Positions 1 through 11,100 of a stretch of 64,000 nt of DNA are shown in pieces (position 1 is the stretch's first letter; each line of letters opens with the position of its first letter). The notes under the pieces are model-generated. The model did not search any database. It was not told the origin of the DNA and saw nothing but the letters and a program-made list of their open reading frames with translations. Source of the stretch: Candidatus Cloacimonadales bacterium. Lineage in GTDB: Bacteria; Cloacimonadota; Cloacimonadia; Cloacimonadales; JAFGVF01. Location: the NCBI GenBank assembly GCA_963663475.2, contig CAXXJV010000001.1, positions 2,304,001 to 2,368,000 of the forward strand. Direction: 5' to 3'. The position numbers and the translations under genes were made by a program.

Positions 1-1
1 A

Positions 2-97
2 GACACAGATACAGGTTCAATCTTAAAGCAACAAATCACTGATTTAAAAAAGCTACTATATGCCTATTCACATGGCGATGTAAAGGAAAAATTATAG
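2..97 (+). CDS. fbp: 3' end of class III (Firmicutes-type) fructose-1,6-bisphosphatase, truncated at window edge
   Basis: Frame 2 reads DTDTGSILKQQITDLKKLLYAYSHGDVKEKL* (TAG 95-97), resembling the DTDxGxxLxxQIxDLxxLLxAY C-terminus of class III Fbp; only 31 aa visible. Confidence 0.6.
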   Translation, partial: DTDTGSILKQQITDLKKLLYAYSHGDVKEKL

Positions 98-112
98 GTA
101 AAGGAGAATGAT

Positions 113-967
113 ATGTCTGGAATAGTATTTTTTAAAACTAAGTCATTAGAAAATATCCATCACTTTTATCACAAGACTTTGGAAATGGAAGTATGGCTAG
201 AACAAGCTAACTGTTATATTTATAAAAAAGGTAATCTCATTCTTGGTTTTCTCCAATCTGATCAAGCTGAAACTCATGGAATAATCACTATTTTTAATCA
301 AAGAAAAACAGAAATTGATCAATATTACAAGAAATATGCTAATCTAGTAACTCAAGATCTAAAGGTTAACGAAAAGTTTAACATATACCATTTTTATATC
401 TGTGATCCTGAAGGAAGGAAAATTGAATTTCAAACCTTCTTACACCCACTGAATGCTTATCATTCACTAGATGAAGGATTAGTTAAAAGACGCTCAATAA
501 GAAACTTTAAGGACAAACAAGTAGAAAAAGAAGTTTTAGATAAGATTTTTTCTTTATGTCGTTATAGTCCTACTGCTAGAAATAGTCAAAGCTATTACTA
601 TTTAGTAATTCAAGACCCAAAAGATCTTAACTGGTTAGCTAATAGCAGAGGACCTGCTGGTAATCCTATAAAACAAGCACCAATGGCTGTTCTTGTAATT
701 TCTGATAATACTAAAACTAGAAGACTTGAACAGGATGCTGATATTGCTGCTACATACTTTATGTTAGCTGCTTATAGCTATGATGTAGCTAGTTGTTGGA
801 TTACTGATATGAACAAAGACCAAGTAAAGTCTTACTTTAATATTCCCCAAGAATATCATATTAGTTGTGCTATTGCTACTGGATATGCAGATGAATTTAA
901 GGTAATACCAGAAAGACGATCAACTCATGATTTTGTCTATTATGATCGATATGATATTCAAGATTAA
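113..967 (+). CDS. VOC/glyoxalase-like domain fused to nitroreductase
   Basis: N-terminal FYICDPEGRKIEFQ (VOC); C-terminal RRSIRNF, SPTARNSQ, ASCWI, IATGY (nitroreductase); AAGGAG RBS. Confidence 0.85.
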   Translation: MSGIVFFKTKSLENIHHFYHKTLEMEVWLEQANCYIYKKGNLILGFLQSDQAETHGIITIFNQRKTEIDQYYKKYANLVTQDLKVNEKFNIYHFYICDPEGRKIEFQTFLHPLNAYHSLDEGLVKRRSIRNFKDKQVEKEVLDKIFSLCRYSPTARNSQSYYYLVIQDPKDLNWLANSRGPAGNPIKQAPMAVLVISDNTKTRRLEQDADIAATYFMLAAYSYDVASCWITDMNKDQVKSYFNIPQEYHISCAIATGYADEFKVIPERRSTHDFVYYDRYDIQD

Positions 968-1040
968 CAGTGCATTATGATTAGGTGAGTAGCAATAATT
1001 TACCATAAAGCTTCTGCAAAGATTATTATTTAAGTTTAAG

Positions 1041-1075
1041 TAGATTAGGGACTGGTTAAAGCTGTCCCTAATCTA
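1041..1075. terminator. Hairpin between convergent genes, probable bidirectional terminator
   Basis: 12-bp inverted repeat TAGATTAGGGAC / GTCCCTAATCTA. Confidence 0.6.
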
Positions 1076-1108
1076 TTATAAAATGCAAAATCCCTTATTT
1101 CTTCCATG

Positions 1109-1171
1109 ATCCTTTCTTTACAGTCTTTCGATGAAAAGCGGACTTTCATCGAAAGACTGTAAAGGAAGGAT
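1109..1171. repeat. Long palindromic element family P, copy 1
   Basis: 21-bp perfect stem CTTTACAGTCTTTCGATGAAA, loop AGCGGAC; homologous to 28570-28628 and 53589-53645. Confidence 0.9.
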
Positions 1172-1220
1172 AATGGATGGATAAAGAGACATATCTAGAA
1201 TTTATAAAAAGATTCTGCAT

Positions 1221-1256
1221 TCTTCCCAAGAATTCTGAACTCTTCCCAAGAATTCT
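1221..1256. repeat. Short tandem duplication
   Basis: TCTTCCCAAGAATTCT twice, period 20 nt. Confidence 0.8.
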
Positions 1257-1268
1257 ACTGTGTTAGGG

Positions 1269-4200
1269 TTAATTATTATTTTTAGATTTTTTTTTGATTC
1301 TGTCGATTTGTTGTTGAGTAAAATCAGAATAATTTACATCTCCAGCATCTTTAAAGAGGAGATAAGCTTCTTCAAGTTTTTCAATAGCTTTTTGGTCATT
1401 AGCTAAAATTTCAAAGGTAATACCCCAGTTAAATAAGGCCTTTCCTTGTCCGATCTTATCACCGATTTCTTGCAAGCTATGATGTTGAATTTGGTAAAAT
1501 TCTAAGGCTTTGGGATAATTTTTCTCTTCTCTGAGAATATTAGCAAGATTCCCTATTGTATGGGCAATTCCTTCTTTATCTTGAAGCTCTTTTTGAAGTT
1601 CTAAATTTGATTCATAGTATATTTTAGCTTGTTTGAAGTCTTGTTTATTGAAAAAAGCATCACCAAGTCCGTCATTAGCATAAGTAATACCAATTTTATC
1701 ATTTATTAATTGAGCTATAGATTTAGCCTCTTGAAGATATTTTATAGCAAGGTCGAAATTTTGCAGAATGCTGTGTACATAACCAAAGTTGTAAAGAACA
1801 GTCTGCTCTTGTTGTTTATCTCCAATATACTTAGCCATCAATAAGCATTTATCTAAGGAATCAATGGCTTCTTGATCTTTACCTTGAGAGAAGAGAATCA
1901 TTGCTATTTCGGTATTTACTTTAGCAAAACCATGTTTATCCCCGATATTTTCAGCTATAGCAAGAGCTTCTGTAAAGTATTTTAAGGCATGATCTTGATT
2001 ACCTCTTCTTATCTCAATAATACCTAAGGAAGTTTTAGAGATGCGCAAGAAAATCTTTTTATTATTTTGGGAGGCTAGTTTACCTAATTTTTGGTAGCTA
2101 GCATTAGCTATATCATATTCAGCTCGATCTAGTGAATCTTGTCCAAGAATAGAATAATAGATTATTTGTAGTAAAGGTGATTGCTTACTAATCTCATTTT
2201 CTAACTTATTTTTTAAATTAAAGAATTTATTTCTAGCATTAGTCATTCTGAAATAATCCAACATTATTAAATCAATTCTTTGTTTTATTTCTGTAGAATT
2301 GATTTGTTTTTTTATATCTTCATGAAGTAATACTAGGTTTTTATAGTCTTTTTGGATATCTAACAATCTAAATTTTGCCAGATAGTAGAGATCTTTTTCT
2401 TGGTCATTTAGAAAATCAATATTTATTAAATCAAGATATTGTGTTACTTGAGGAGCTTTATTTTGTTCTAAGAATGAATTAACTAACTTTAGTTTTATTT
2501 GATTTTTTGTAAAATCATCAGTAGCAAAAGAAAGGGCTTTTACATAGTAATATGAGCATATTGAATAGGAAGCTTGCTTTTGGTTTTTATCAGCTGCTAA
2601 AAGAGACCATTTACAGGCTTGAGCAGGTATTTGGGCAGAAATAAAGTGATTAGCAATGACTTCATAGAAGGGAAGTAGATTATCTTTAAATTCTTGTAGA
2701 TAATAATTAGCAATTGTTTTATGAAGCTTACGTTTCTCAGTGAATAAGATTGTTCTGTAAATAGCATCTCTCATCAATGAATTATTAAAGTAATATTCAA
2801 TTTCGGGTAGAATTATTTTTTTAAAGAGTTGTTGATTTTGAGTTAGATTTTCTAAGACCTTTTCGATTTGGATTTGAACGAAGTCTTCAGAAAAGATATT
2901 TAAAACTTGATTATTAAAACTTACCCCCATGATAGAGGCATACTTTAGGACTTGTTTAGTTTGAGCATCAAGAGATTCAAATTCATTTAATAGAAGTGTT
3001 TCGAAAGTATTTGGTAATTTACCTTTTCTTACAAGTTGTTTAAAATCATTAAGATCAAATGTGCTATAATTATCAGTTAAATTTTCTTTAATAAGAGAGC
3101 ATATTTCTTTTATATAGGCAGGATTATTGTTAGCAAGCTTCAAAATCTCTTTTAAAGCAGCAGGAGTAATACTTAGTTTATGGAAGGAGACAAAATCCCT
3201 TAGTAAGTCTTCATCAAAATCTTTCATTTTAATAATATCTTGGGAATATAATCCATAACTAAGAAAAGAATCTAAACTACTAGAAGTTATACTAAGTCTT
3301 ATATTTTTAGAAAGTAATTTAGGAATAAGAATTTCTAGTAGTTTGGTTGATTCAAAATCTAACCATTGGAGATTTTCTAGAATTAGAATTTGATATTCTT
3401 CTAAGAGTAGGATTAATATTTCGGATAAAAGATCTAGGAGTAGAGGTAATTCTTTTTGCTTAATTTCACTATCACTTTCATTAAAAAATTCTTCAATTAA
3501 AGTCAAATCAAGGTTAATTTGCTTATTCTTCAAAAAATCTTCAATATGGGAAAGATCTGTTAGAATATTATCTAGTTTAGCATAAGCATTAAAAATATTA
3601 TAGAAGAGTGTGAAGGATTTTAGTTTATCATATTCACTCAAAACTAGAATTTTTACATGCTGATTATCATTTTTGTTTTTTAAATACTCATAAATTAGAT
3701 GAGATTTTCCGCTTCCTGATTTACCATAAATTAGGTTTAGCTTTTTATTATCCATATCTGCTAAAATATCATTATAAGCTATTAATTTACTATTTTTAAA
3801 CTTGTCAACATAGGCTGTCCAGTAATCAGAAAACTCATTACTAACATGATAAATTTCAATATCTTTGCTTATTCCTTTAACATTAACTTTATCTATGAAT
3901 TGTGTTTGATAACGTCCTTTGATAAATGGAAGGATTTCAGAAGAAAAAGCAAAGTCATTATCTTGAGATTTACTCATTAATCTTGCAGCAATATTAACCC
4001 CATTTCCTATAATACCATATTCATATCTGTCTATTGCCCCTAAAAGTCCACTGTAGATATTATTGTAAGTTAGGCCAATTTTTGTTTTTATAGCAGGAGT
4101 TTCAAGCTTGGATACTTTTAAACATGTGGCAAAAGCTCTTTCAATATCATCTTTATGGATAAATGGTACACCAAAGGTTATTAGTATTAAATATCCCTTA

Positions 4201-5009
4201 TCAGTGTAGTCTATCTTGTTAATTGTACCATCATAAAAATAGACAATACTTTGTAGTTTAGAGTAAAAATCTTGATAATGGATAATATCAATTTCTTTTT
4301 TTTCTAGAAGAGTACTTTCTAGTTGGATAAAAATTACGGCAGAGTTTTTTAATTCACCACTAAATTTTCCTGAGCTAAGCCAGTATGAAACTTTTTTAGG
4401 AAGAAAGTAGCTTGAACATTCGCTAGTTGTTAGATAATCTTGACTTGTTATCAGAGGTAGTTCACTTAAATTTCCTACCTCTAAGTTTTTATCACCTTGA
4501 ATAAAAATATCTTCAAGGGCTTTTCCTGAAATATAATAATCCAGATGGTGTTTAATATCACCAACAATATTAATATTTACTTTACCCCAAGACCAATTGC
4601 CGTGAAAAGCAATCTGAAATTTATAGATGTTCATAAATTTTTTATTAAGAATCTCAAGAGCTTTATTCATTTGGGAAAGGCTTATTAAGATTCTCTTACT
4701 TGCTATGTCTTGATCACCTGGGAAAAGAGCAAGTATAGAATCTCCACCAAACTTGATAAGGTCTCCCCCATTAGCTTCTAATACACGATACATTTCATCA
4801 AAATATGTATTAAGCATGTCAGTAATTCGTTCAATTGAATAATGTCCAGCTTGACTTATTTTCTCAGTAAGTTTGGTAAAGCCTTTAACATCAGTAAATA
4901 AAACTCCTGCATCGATACTAGTAGAATAGGGTATTTTATCAAGACAAAAGTCTTGACGACTGATAATTTTTCTAATTATATTAGGAAGTAATTTGGAATA
5001 ATTAAGCAT
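1269..5009 (-). CDS. Class III adenylate/guanylate cyclase (two cyclase domains) + STAND-type P-loop NTPase + TPR repeats
   Basis: FTDVKGFT and KFGGD in domain 1, GNGVNIAARLMS in domain 2, GKSGSGKS Walker A, LENLQWLD Walker B-like, C-terminal IGDK-type TPRs; ATG at 5009 follows a GGAGAG RBS. Confidence 0.9.
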   Translation of the reverse strand: MLNYSKLLPNIIRKIISRQDFCLDKIPYSTSIDAGVLFTDVKGFTKLTEKISQAGHYSIERITDMLNTYFDEMYRVLEANGGDLIKFGGDSILALFPGDQDIASKRILISLSQMNKALEILNKKFMNIYKFQIAFHGNWSWGKVNINIVGDIKHHLDYYISGKALEDIFIQGDKNLEVGNLSELPLITSQDYLTTSECSSYFLPKKVSYWLSSGKFSGELKNSAVIFIQLESTLLEKKEIDIIHYQDFYSKLQSIVYFYDGTINKIDYTDKGYLILITFGVPFIHKDDIERAFATCLKVSKLETPAIKTKIGLTYNNIYSGLLGAIDRYEYGIIGNGVNIAARLMSKSQDNDFAFSSEILPFIKGRYQTQFIDKVNVKGISKDIEIYHVSNEFSDYWTAYVDKFKNSKLIAYNDILADMDNKKLNLIYGKSGSGKSHLIYEYLKNKNDNQHVKILVLSEYDKLKSFTLFYNIFNAYAKLDNILTDLSHIEDFLKNKQINLDLTLIEEFFNESDSEIKQKELPLLLDLLSEILILLLEEYQILILENLQWLDFESTKLLEILIPKLLSKNIRLSITSSSLDSFLSYGLYSQDIIKMKDFDEDLLRDFVSFHKLSITPAALKEILKLANNNPAYIKEICSLIKENLTDNYSTFDLNDFKQLVRKGKLPNTFETLLLNEFESLDAQTKQVLKYASIMGVSFNNQVLNIFSEDFVQIQIEKVLENLTQNQQLFKKIILPEIEYYFNNSLMRDAIYRTILFTEKRKLHKTIANYYLQEFKDNLLPFYEVIANHFISAQIPAQACKWSLLAADKNQKQASYSICSYYYVKALSFATDDFTKNQIKLKLVNSFLEQNKAPQVTQYLDLINIDFLNDQEKDLYYLAKFRLLDIQKDYKNLVLLHEDIKKQINSTEIKQRIDLIMLDYFRMTNARNKFFNLKNKLENEISKQSPLLQIIYYSILGQDSLDRAEYDIANASYQKLGKLASQNNKKIFLRISKTSLGIIEIRRGNQDHALKYFTEALAIAENIGDKHGFAKVNTEIAMILFSQGKDQEAIDSLDKCLLMAKYIGDKQQEQTVLYNFGYVHSILQNFDLAIKYLQEAKSIAQLINDKIGITYANDGLGDAFFNKQDFKQAKIYYESNLELQKELQDKEGIAHTIGNLANILREEKNYPKALEFYQIQHHSLQEIGDKIGQGKALFNWGITFEILANDQKAIEKLEEAYLLFKDAGDVNYSDFTQQQIDRIKKKSKNNN

Positions 5010-5076
5010 GATTTCTCTCCCAGGCAAAGATAAAATATATATTCAACTTAGATTAGATTTTGACAAGTAATTTCTC

Positions 5077-5114
5077 AAAAAAACACAGAGAATAACAAGT
5101 GCTATTCTCTGTGT
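5077..5114 (-). terminator. Intrinsic terminator of the giant protein gene
   Basis: ACACAGAGAATA / TATTCTCTGTGT stem followed by a U-tract on the minus strand, 10 nt after the stop. Confidence 0.75.
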
Positions 5115-5124
5115 CATAGATTAA

Positions 5125-8100
5125 TTAATTCTTTTTAGACTTTGATAGAGAAGGTTTGATGATATTACCATCCCTTGTAAGGTATCTGTGAGTGTTGATA
5201 AAGTCTTCTAAAGACATTCTTTGGTTATTAACAAAACCAATAATGAAATAGAATTGTCTTGGAGCAAGTTCAGCAATATTAGAGTCTGTCCAAGTCAATT
5301 CAGTGACATTATCTCTATACTCATAGATACCATCTGCATCCAAGCAAGAATAGATTAAATAGGAAACATTGGCAACAGGTGAACCTGATATACTTTCACT
5401 AATTTCATTCCATTCTAGGATAATATCAGTATTTGACATTGAAATAAGAGGGTATTGAGGAGCAGGAAGAGGGTCATCTTGAGTAACCACGAAACCTTGT
5501 CTATTTACAATATCAGTGAAGGAACCAGTTGTCATAGTCAAAGTAACATTATAGATACCTGGTGATTGGTAAATATGTTCAGGATTACGTAAGCTACTTG
5601 AGTGACCATCTCCAAATTCCCATAAGATATCAGTAGTTGGATCATCATGACCTTCTGATTTATTATCGAAGTAGATAGGTATTCCAGGAGTATTGAATCT
5701 ACTGCTTGAATTGAAATTTGCTAGGTGGTGATGATAGTTCATACCAATATCAGCAATTGAACCATCAGGGTCTAAATCTAGGTTAGGGTTACCACCATCT
5801 ATGCAATTAGAGTGAATACTTAATTCTAAATTATGAAGATCTGAATCTGCAAATAAAGGGTCAGTATTCATATTGCCAATTCCAGGTGCATTATCAATAG
5901 CCATGGAAATATTGTTATATTCAAAAGTAGTTTCAATATCATTTCCACTGGCAAGATCTGCTTCACTAATTGGACTACCCCAAATAATATTCTGACCAAA
6001 ATAGAGAGAGCTGTTATTTGCATTAACAATCTTAGAATAAGAAAGTATATTATTATTTAAGATTTGAACATTTTGGATATCAGAAGCAAAGAGGAAGGTA
6101 GCAAGATCACCTAAGCTATTCTCTATATGATTATGATGAATCTGAGGCAAACATTCATTACCTGTAAGATCAAAAGAAACTAGGTTATCGAGGAAAGTAT
6201 TTCTCTCAATAATGGCATTATTATTGCCAGTAACTTTTAATCCACAAGCAAAGCCTGCTATTTCAGAGTTTCTAATCCAGGAGTTAGCTTGATTATTTAA
6301 AGTGATACCAACACCTAAATTTCTGCTAGTATTACTAGTATGTCTTACTCTAATATTTGTTAGGGTCGGGATAGTTTCATCAGATGAATCTAGATAAATA
6401 CCCGACATTACATTTTCAGATTCGAAGTCATGTAAATCTAAATTCAATAAACCAATACTTTTGAGAGCAAAAGCGTCAGTTCTAGAGGTATTAGTAGTGT
6501 GTCTAACTCTAATATTAGTTAAAACAGGAGTAAGAGATTCTGTACGGGAAAGATTTTCTAGGTAAATACCAGTTAAGCAATCTTCAATGAGAAGGGAATC
6601 AAGTAGAGCTTCAACCTGACCACTAATGTGGATACCAAAACCACCTAATTCTCTAGAAGTATTAGTAGTGTGGCGGACTCTAATATTAGTTAATACAGGG
6701 CTAGAGGAAGATGATGAGTAAATTGAAATTCCATCATGAACATTATCAGATTCAAAATCATCAAGAGAAAGATTTACTGAGCCTACACTATTGAGGGCTA
6801 GAGCGTCAGTCCTTGATGTATTAGTTGTATGACGAACTCTGATATTAGTTAAAACTGGAAGACTAGATTCACTTCTATTAGAGTTGTCAAAGTTCAATCC
6901 AGTGACATAATCTTCCAAAATCACATCAGACATTTGTGGAGATACATTACCCATACAGGTAATAGCAGTTCCACCTAAGTCTCTTGATGTATTAGTTGTA
7001 TGTCTTACTCTGATATTAGTGAGAGTTGGATTTATCGATTCTGAAGAATCATAGAGTATTCCATTATAGATATTATCTGATTCAAAGTCATTAAGACTCA
7101 TATTTACCTTGCCTAGAGATTTCAAGGCATACGCATTAGTCCTTGAAGTGTTAGTTGTATGTCTGACTCTTATGTTGGTTAAAGTAGGAGTAATAGCTTC
7201 TGTTCTGCTAGAATTATCAAAAATAATACCAGTGAGATAATCCTCGATTTCTAAGCTATCAATTACAGCATTAACACTTCCTGTAAATTCAAGGGCAGTA
7301 TCGGCTAATTCACGTGAAGTATTTGTTGTATGTCTTACTCTGATGTTTGTTAATACTGGACTAGGTGAAGAGTTCAAGGCATCGAAAGACATAGCCTTAG
7401 AAAAATCTTCAATTTCAATATTGCTAATGTTTGGTGAAGCATCCCCTTCTACTTTTATAGCATAAGTGTCATCTAACCTACTTGTATTAGTAGTATGTCT
7501 AACTCTTATGTTTGTAAGAACAGGAGCACTTGAACCTTGAGTAGATTTGATCTCAATAGCTTTAGCAAAATCTTCAATATCTAGATTATCAATATTGACG
7601 TTGGAGTTATGGATTTTAACAGCTATAGGATCGTTTTCTGTTCTAGAAGTATTAGTAGTATGTCTAACCCTGATATTTGTGATTACTGGAATATCTAAAG
7701 AAGCATCACCTAGTATTTCAATACCAGTGTTATATTTATCAATATCTAAGTCATCAATTATAGCTTGGCTAGGTCCAGAAATCTTTATTGCTGAATGTTC
7801 ACTATCCAGACCTTGAATAGTTAAGCCAGTTAGATTTGGGGAAGCTCCATTAATCTCGATTGCTTTTCTAGCATTTAAGATATAAGAGTTGGAAAGACTA
7901 GATATTTCGTCTGTAGAAGTAAATTTGATCCCTTCCCATTCACCTACTTGTCTTTCTTCACCAGCTACAGTTCCAAAAGTGACTCCATCTGCAATCAAGC
8001 CACCAGAAACAATAAAGTATGTATCTTCCATGATATTGATAACAGTTCCAGGCTCAATGTTTAAACTTGTACCACTTTCTACAGAAACTTGACCATAAAC

Positions 8101-11100
8101 ATTGTATGGAGACAGAGCTACTTGCCAATCACCAAAGTAATTACCACCAGGAATAGAAGTTCCTTCAACACTAATATAATTCTCATATCTTACACTATCA
8201 GAAGTTACTAGTATATCGTCTTCATCGATATAAGATACTACAAGTGATACTGAATATTCCCCCCCAATATTATAGTTGATACTTGGGTTTTGGAGATATG
8301 AATCTGGCACATCATCATTATCTAAATACCAAACCCAATGATTTGGATTACCTTGGGTTAAATCAGTAAATTGAACAGTTTGTCCTGAAAGAATTTCTGT
8401 ATTATCAGCAGTAAATTCAGCATTAAAGGAATCAGTTATTGTAATATCAATATCCTGTGAAGTAACTAGTCTGCCTGAACCATCACTTACATTTACTGTC
8501 AATGTTTCTGTTCCTGCCCAATCTTGAGGAGCATAGAAGGTAACTTCAAGACCTAGAATATTGTAAGTTACATGTTCATTATTATCAATACTTAAACTCA
8601 ACAATGATAAGCTTTGCTCAGGATCATAAACATGATTTGCAAAATCTATCACTTGTCTGGTAGTTTGTAAGATAGTAATAGACTCTGGAAGTTCTATGAA
8701 GTATGGAGCATCGGCAACATCGACAACTGTAACAGTAATAACATCACTCACAATACCTTGGTGATTGTCGGAAGCTGTGAAAGTTAATTCTTCAATTCCA
8801 AACCAATCTTGATTAGGTGCTAGAGTTACTATGCCATTAGTGATGCTTACATGAATATTATGATTACCAGATACTGTGAAGATGAGATTATCATTATCAC
8901 CATCACTGAAATATGTTCTTAAGTCAATCTCTTGGTTAATAGCATCCTCTTCCATTACTATATTAGGTATTGGTGAGGTTAACACAGGAATAGTATTTAT
9001 TACACTTATATAGTTATTTCTAAGAAGTGAATGACTTTCACCATTTTCGTTTTCTACAGTTAGTCTTACTGAATAACTTCCTCTATTTTCATAAGTATAG
9101 CTAGGATGAATCTCATAACTATCAACTATGCCATCGTTGTGGAAATCCCATTGATATTCACTTATCTGGGAACCGTCAGAAGTTTGAGCTAAGTTAGTGA
9201 AGGTAACTTCAAGCTCTTTTGGTCCACTAAGTGGAGTAGCTGTGAAGTTAGCTGTAATCAATCTCTCTGTTACTGTCATGGTTACATAGATTAATAAAGT
9301 TGAATTATCTGGGTCATCAGAATTAACTTGTACAATAGCGTTATAGTTTCCTTCAGTTAAATCGTAAGCAGAAAAACTTAGTTCAACTTCTTCACTTAAA
9401 CCTTGAGGAATAGTTAATGAAGTTGGTTCAACACTTAACCAGGAAGTTCCACTTACCCTTATAGATGAGATATGCAAATTACTATTCCCAGCGTTTGTTA
9501 TAGTGAATTGACCACTATCTGTTCCAAAGCGTGGTATAGTTGTAGCTATTGAAGTAGTTGAAAGCTCAATTTGAGGAGCTTCTATAGCTGTGGCACTTAA
9601 GGTAATGATTTGACTTTGGTTATTTGGGTCGTTAGACTCAATAATTAAGTTCTCAGTGAAAGTTCCAGCTTCAGAACTTTCAAAGGTTACAGTAATTGTT
9701 TCACTTTCTCCATTTTGAAGTACAAATGCTCTGTTAACTACACTGAAGAAACCATTTGAAGTTGTAAGTGAAGAAATACTAAGAGGGGCATAACCTTGAT
9801 TAGTTATCTGAATATTTTTCATTTTTGGATAACCAATATAGTTGCTTCCAAAATTGATTTCATTATTCACACTTAGAACTGGGTCTCCTGAAAGAATATT
9901 GAAATTAGTAGTTCTTTCACTTTGTTTTATATTTGTTGCAACATCATAGATGGCAAGCTTAACACTATAAGTGCCAATTTCACTATCAGGAGGTAAGTCT
10001 AAGTTTGCACTTGTTTGCTGATTTGATGTTACAGACAGATTAAGAGTCTCTTGATAGGTGTCAATCACTTGTAAATCTGGATTCAACAATTCATATTCAG
10101 CTCTGACAGCTTGATTATAAAGCTGAGTAGTTATGATAGAATTAACTTGAACTTCTTCTCCAGGATAATAGTTTGATCTATTCAAATTTAAAGAACTTAT
10201 AGTAGCATAAATCGGAGCTTGATTAAAGACAAACTGACCCCAAATTATTCTTGAATAACCAGAATCTGTACTATTAACATCTAATGAAATCTCAATCTCA
10301 TTAGCAACATTTTCTCCTAAGTTAATTAATTCAGGATTAATCATAAATTCTGTAATACTGTAATTGTTATTGCTGCCAACAAGTTGACCAACCCAAGTAC
10401 CATTTACAAAGACATAATTGATTTCTCCTGAGTCGATATCATAAGCTCTGATTCTTAATTTGGCGTAGTCAACCTCAGACTCATTAGTATAAATAAAGAA
10501 TTCTACAGGAGCATTTGGTGAATTCTCACTAATATTTATCCCAAGATCATTATCAGTAGTTTCTACAAAATCATTGCCAGCATTATCAGTATCGGTGAAG
10601 TTAAAGTTAGAATGATTAAGAATCATAGGTAGAGATAATTCTGAATTATCAGGGTCATTACTTGTAATAGTGAAATTAGCAAAATATGAGCCATAGTCTA
10701 TGTTCCTGGTATCTAGGGTTAGATTTATGGTAGCAGAAGCACCAGCTTCTATACTTCCTGAAGCAGGATTAGCAGTAATCCAAGGAAGCGCTAATGTCTC
10801 GGTAGAGAGAGAATAATCTAGTTGAGCTTGTCCTTCATTGCTGATAACTAATTCATCATAATAAAGAGTGTTATCCAGAATAAACCAATCTAGGGATGTT
10901 TTGTTTATAGTAATCTGCGGAACATTAACTCCACTACCACTCATATTTATTTCTAGACTGCTTTCATTATTTGCATTTGAAGTAATAGTCAAAACAGCTG
11001 TTTCTTCAGTATCACCTGTTGGAGTATATCTAACAAGCATTACTCTGTTATTACCAGGTTGGATATTGATAGGACTGTTCAAAGTTGGAAGAGACATTGA

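Noticed and set aside
6321-7683. Regularly spaced ~40-nt DNA repeats as a CRISPR array
   Set aside because: They are in frame within the giant ORF, vary at synonymous positions, have ~120-nt spacers and no cas genes are present
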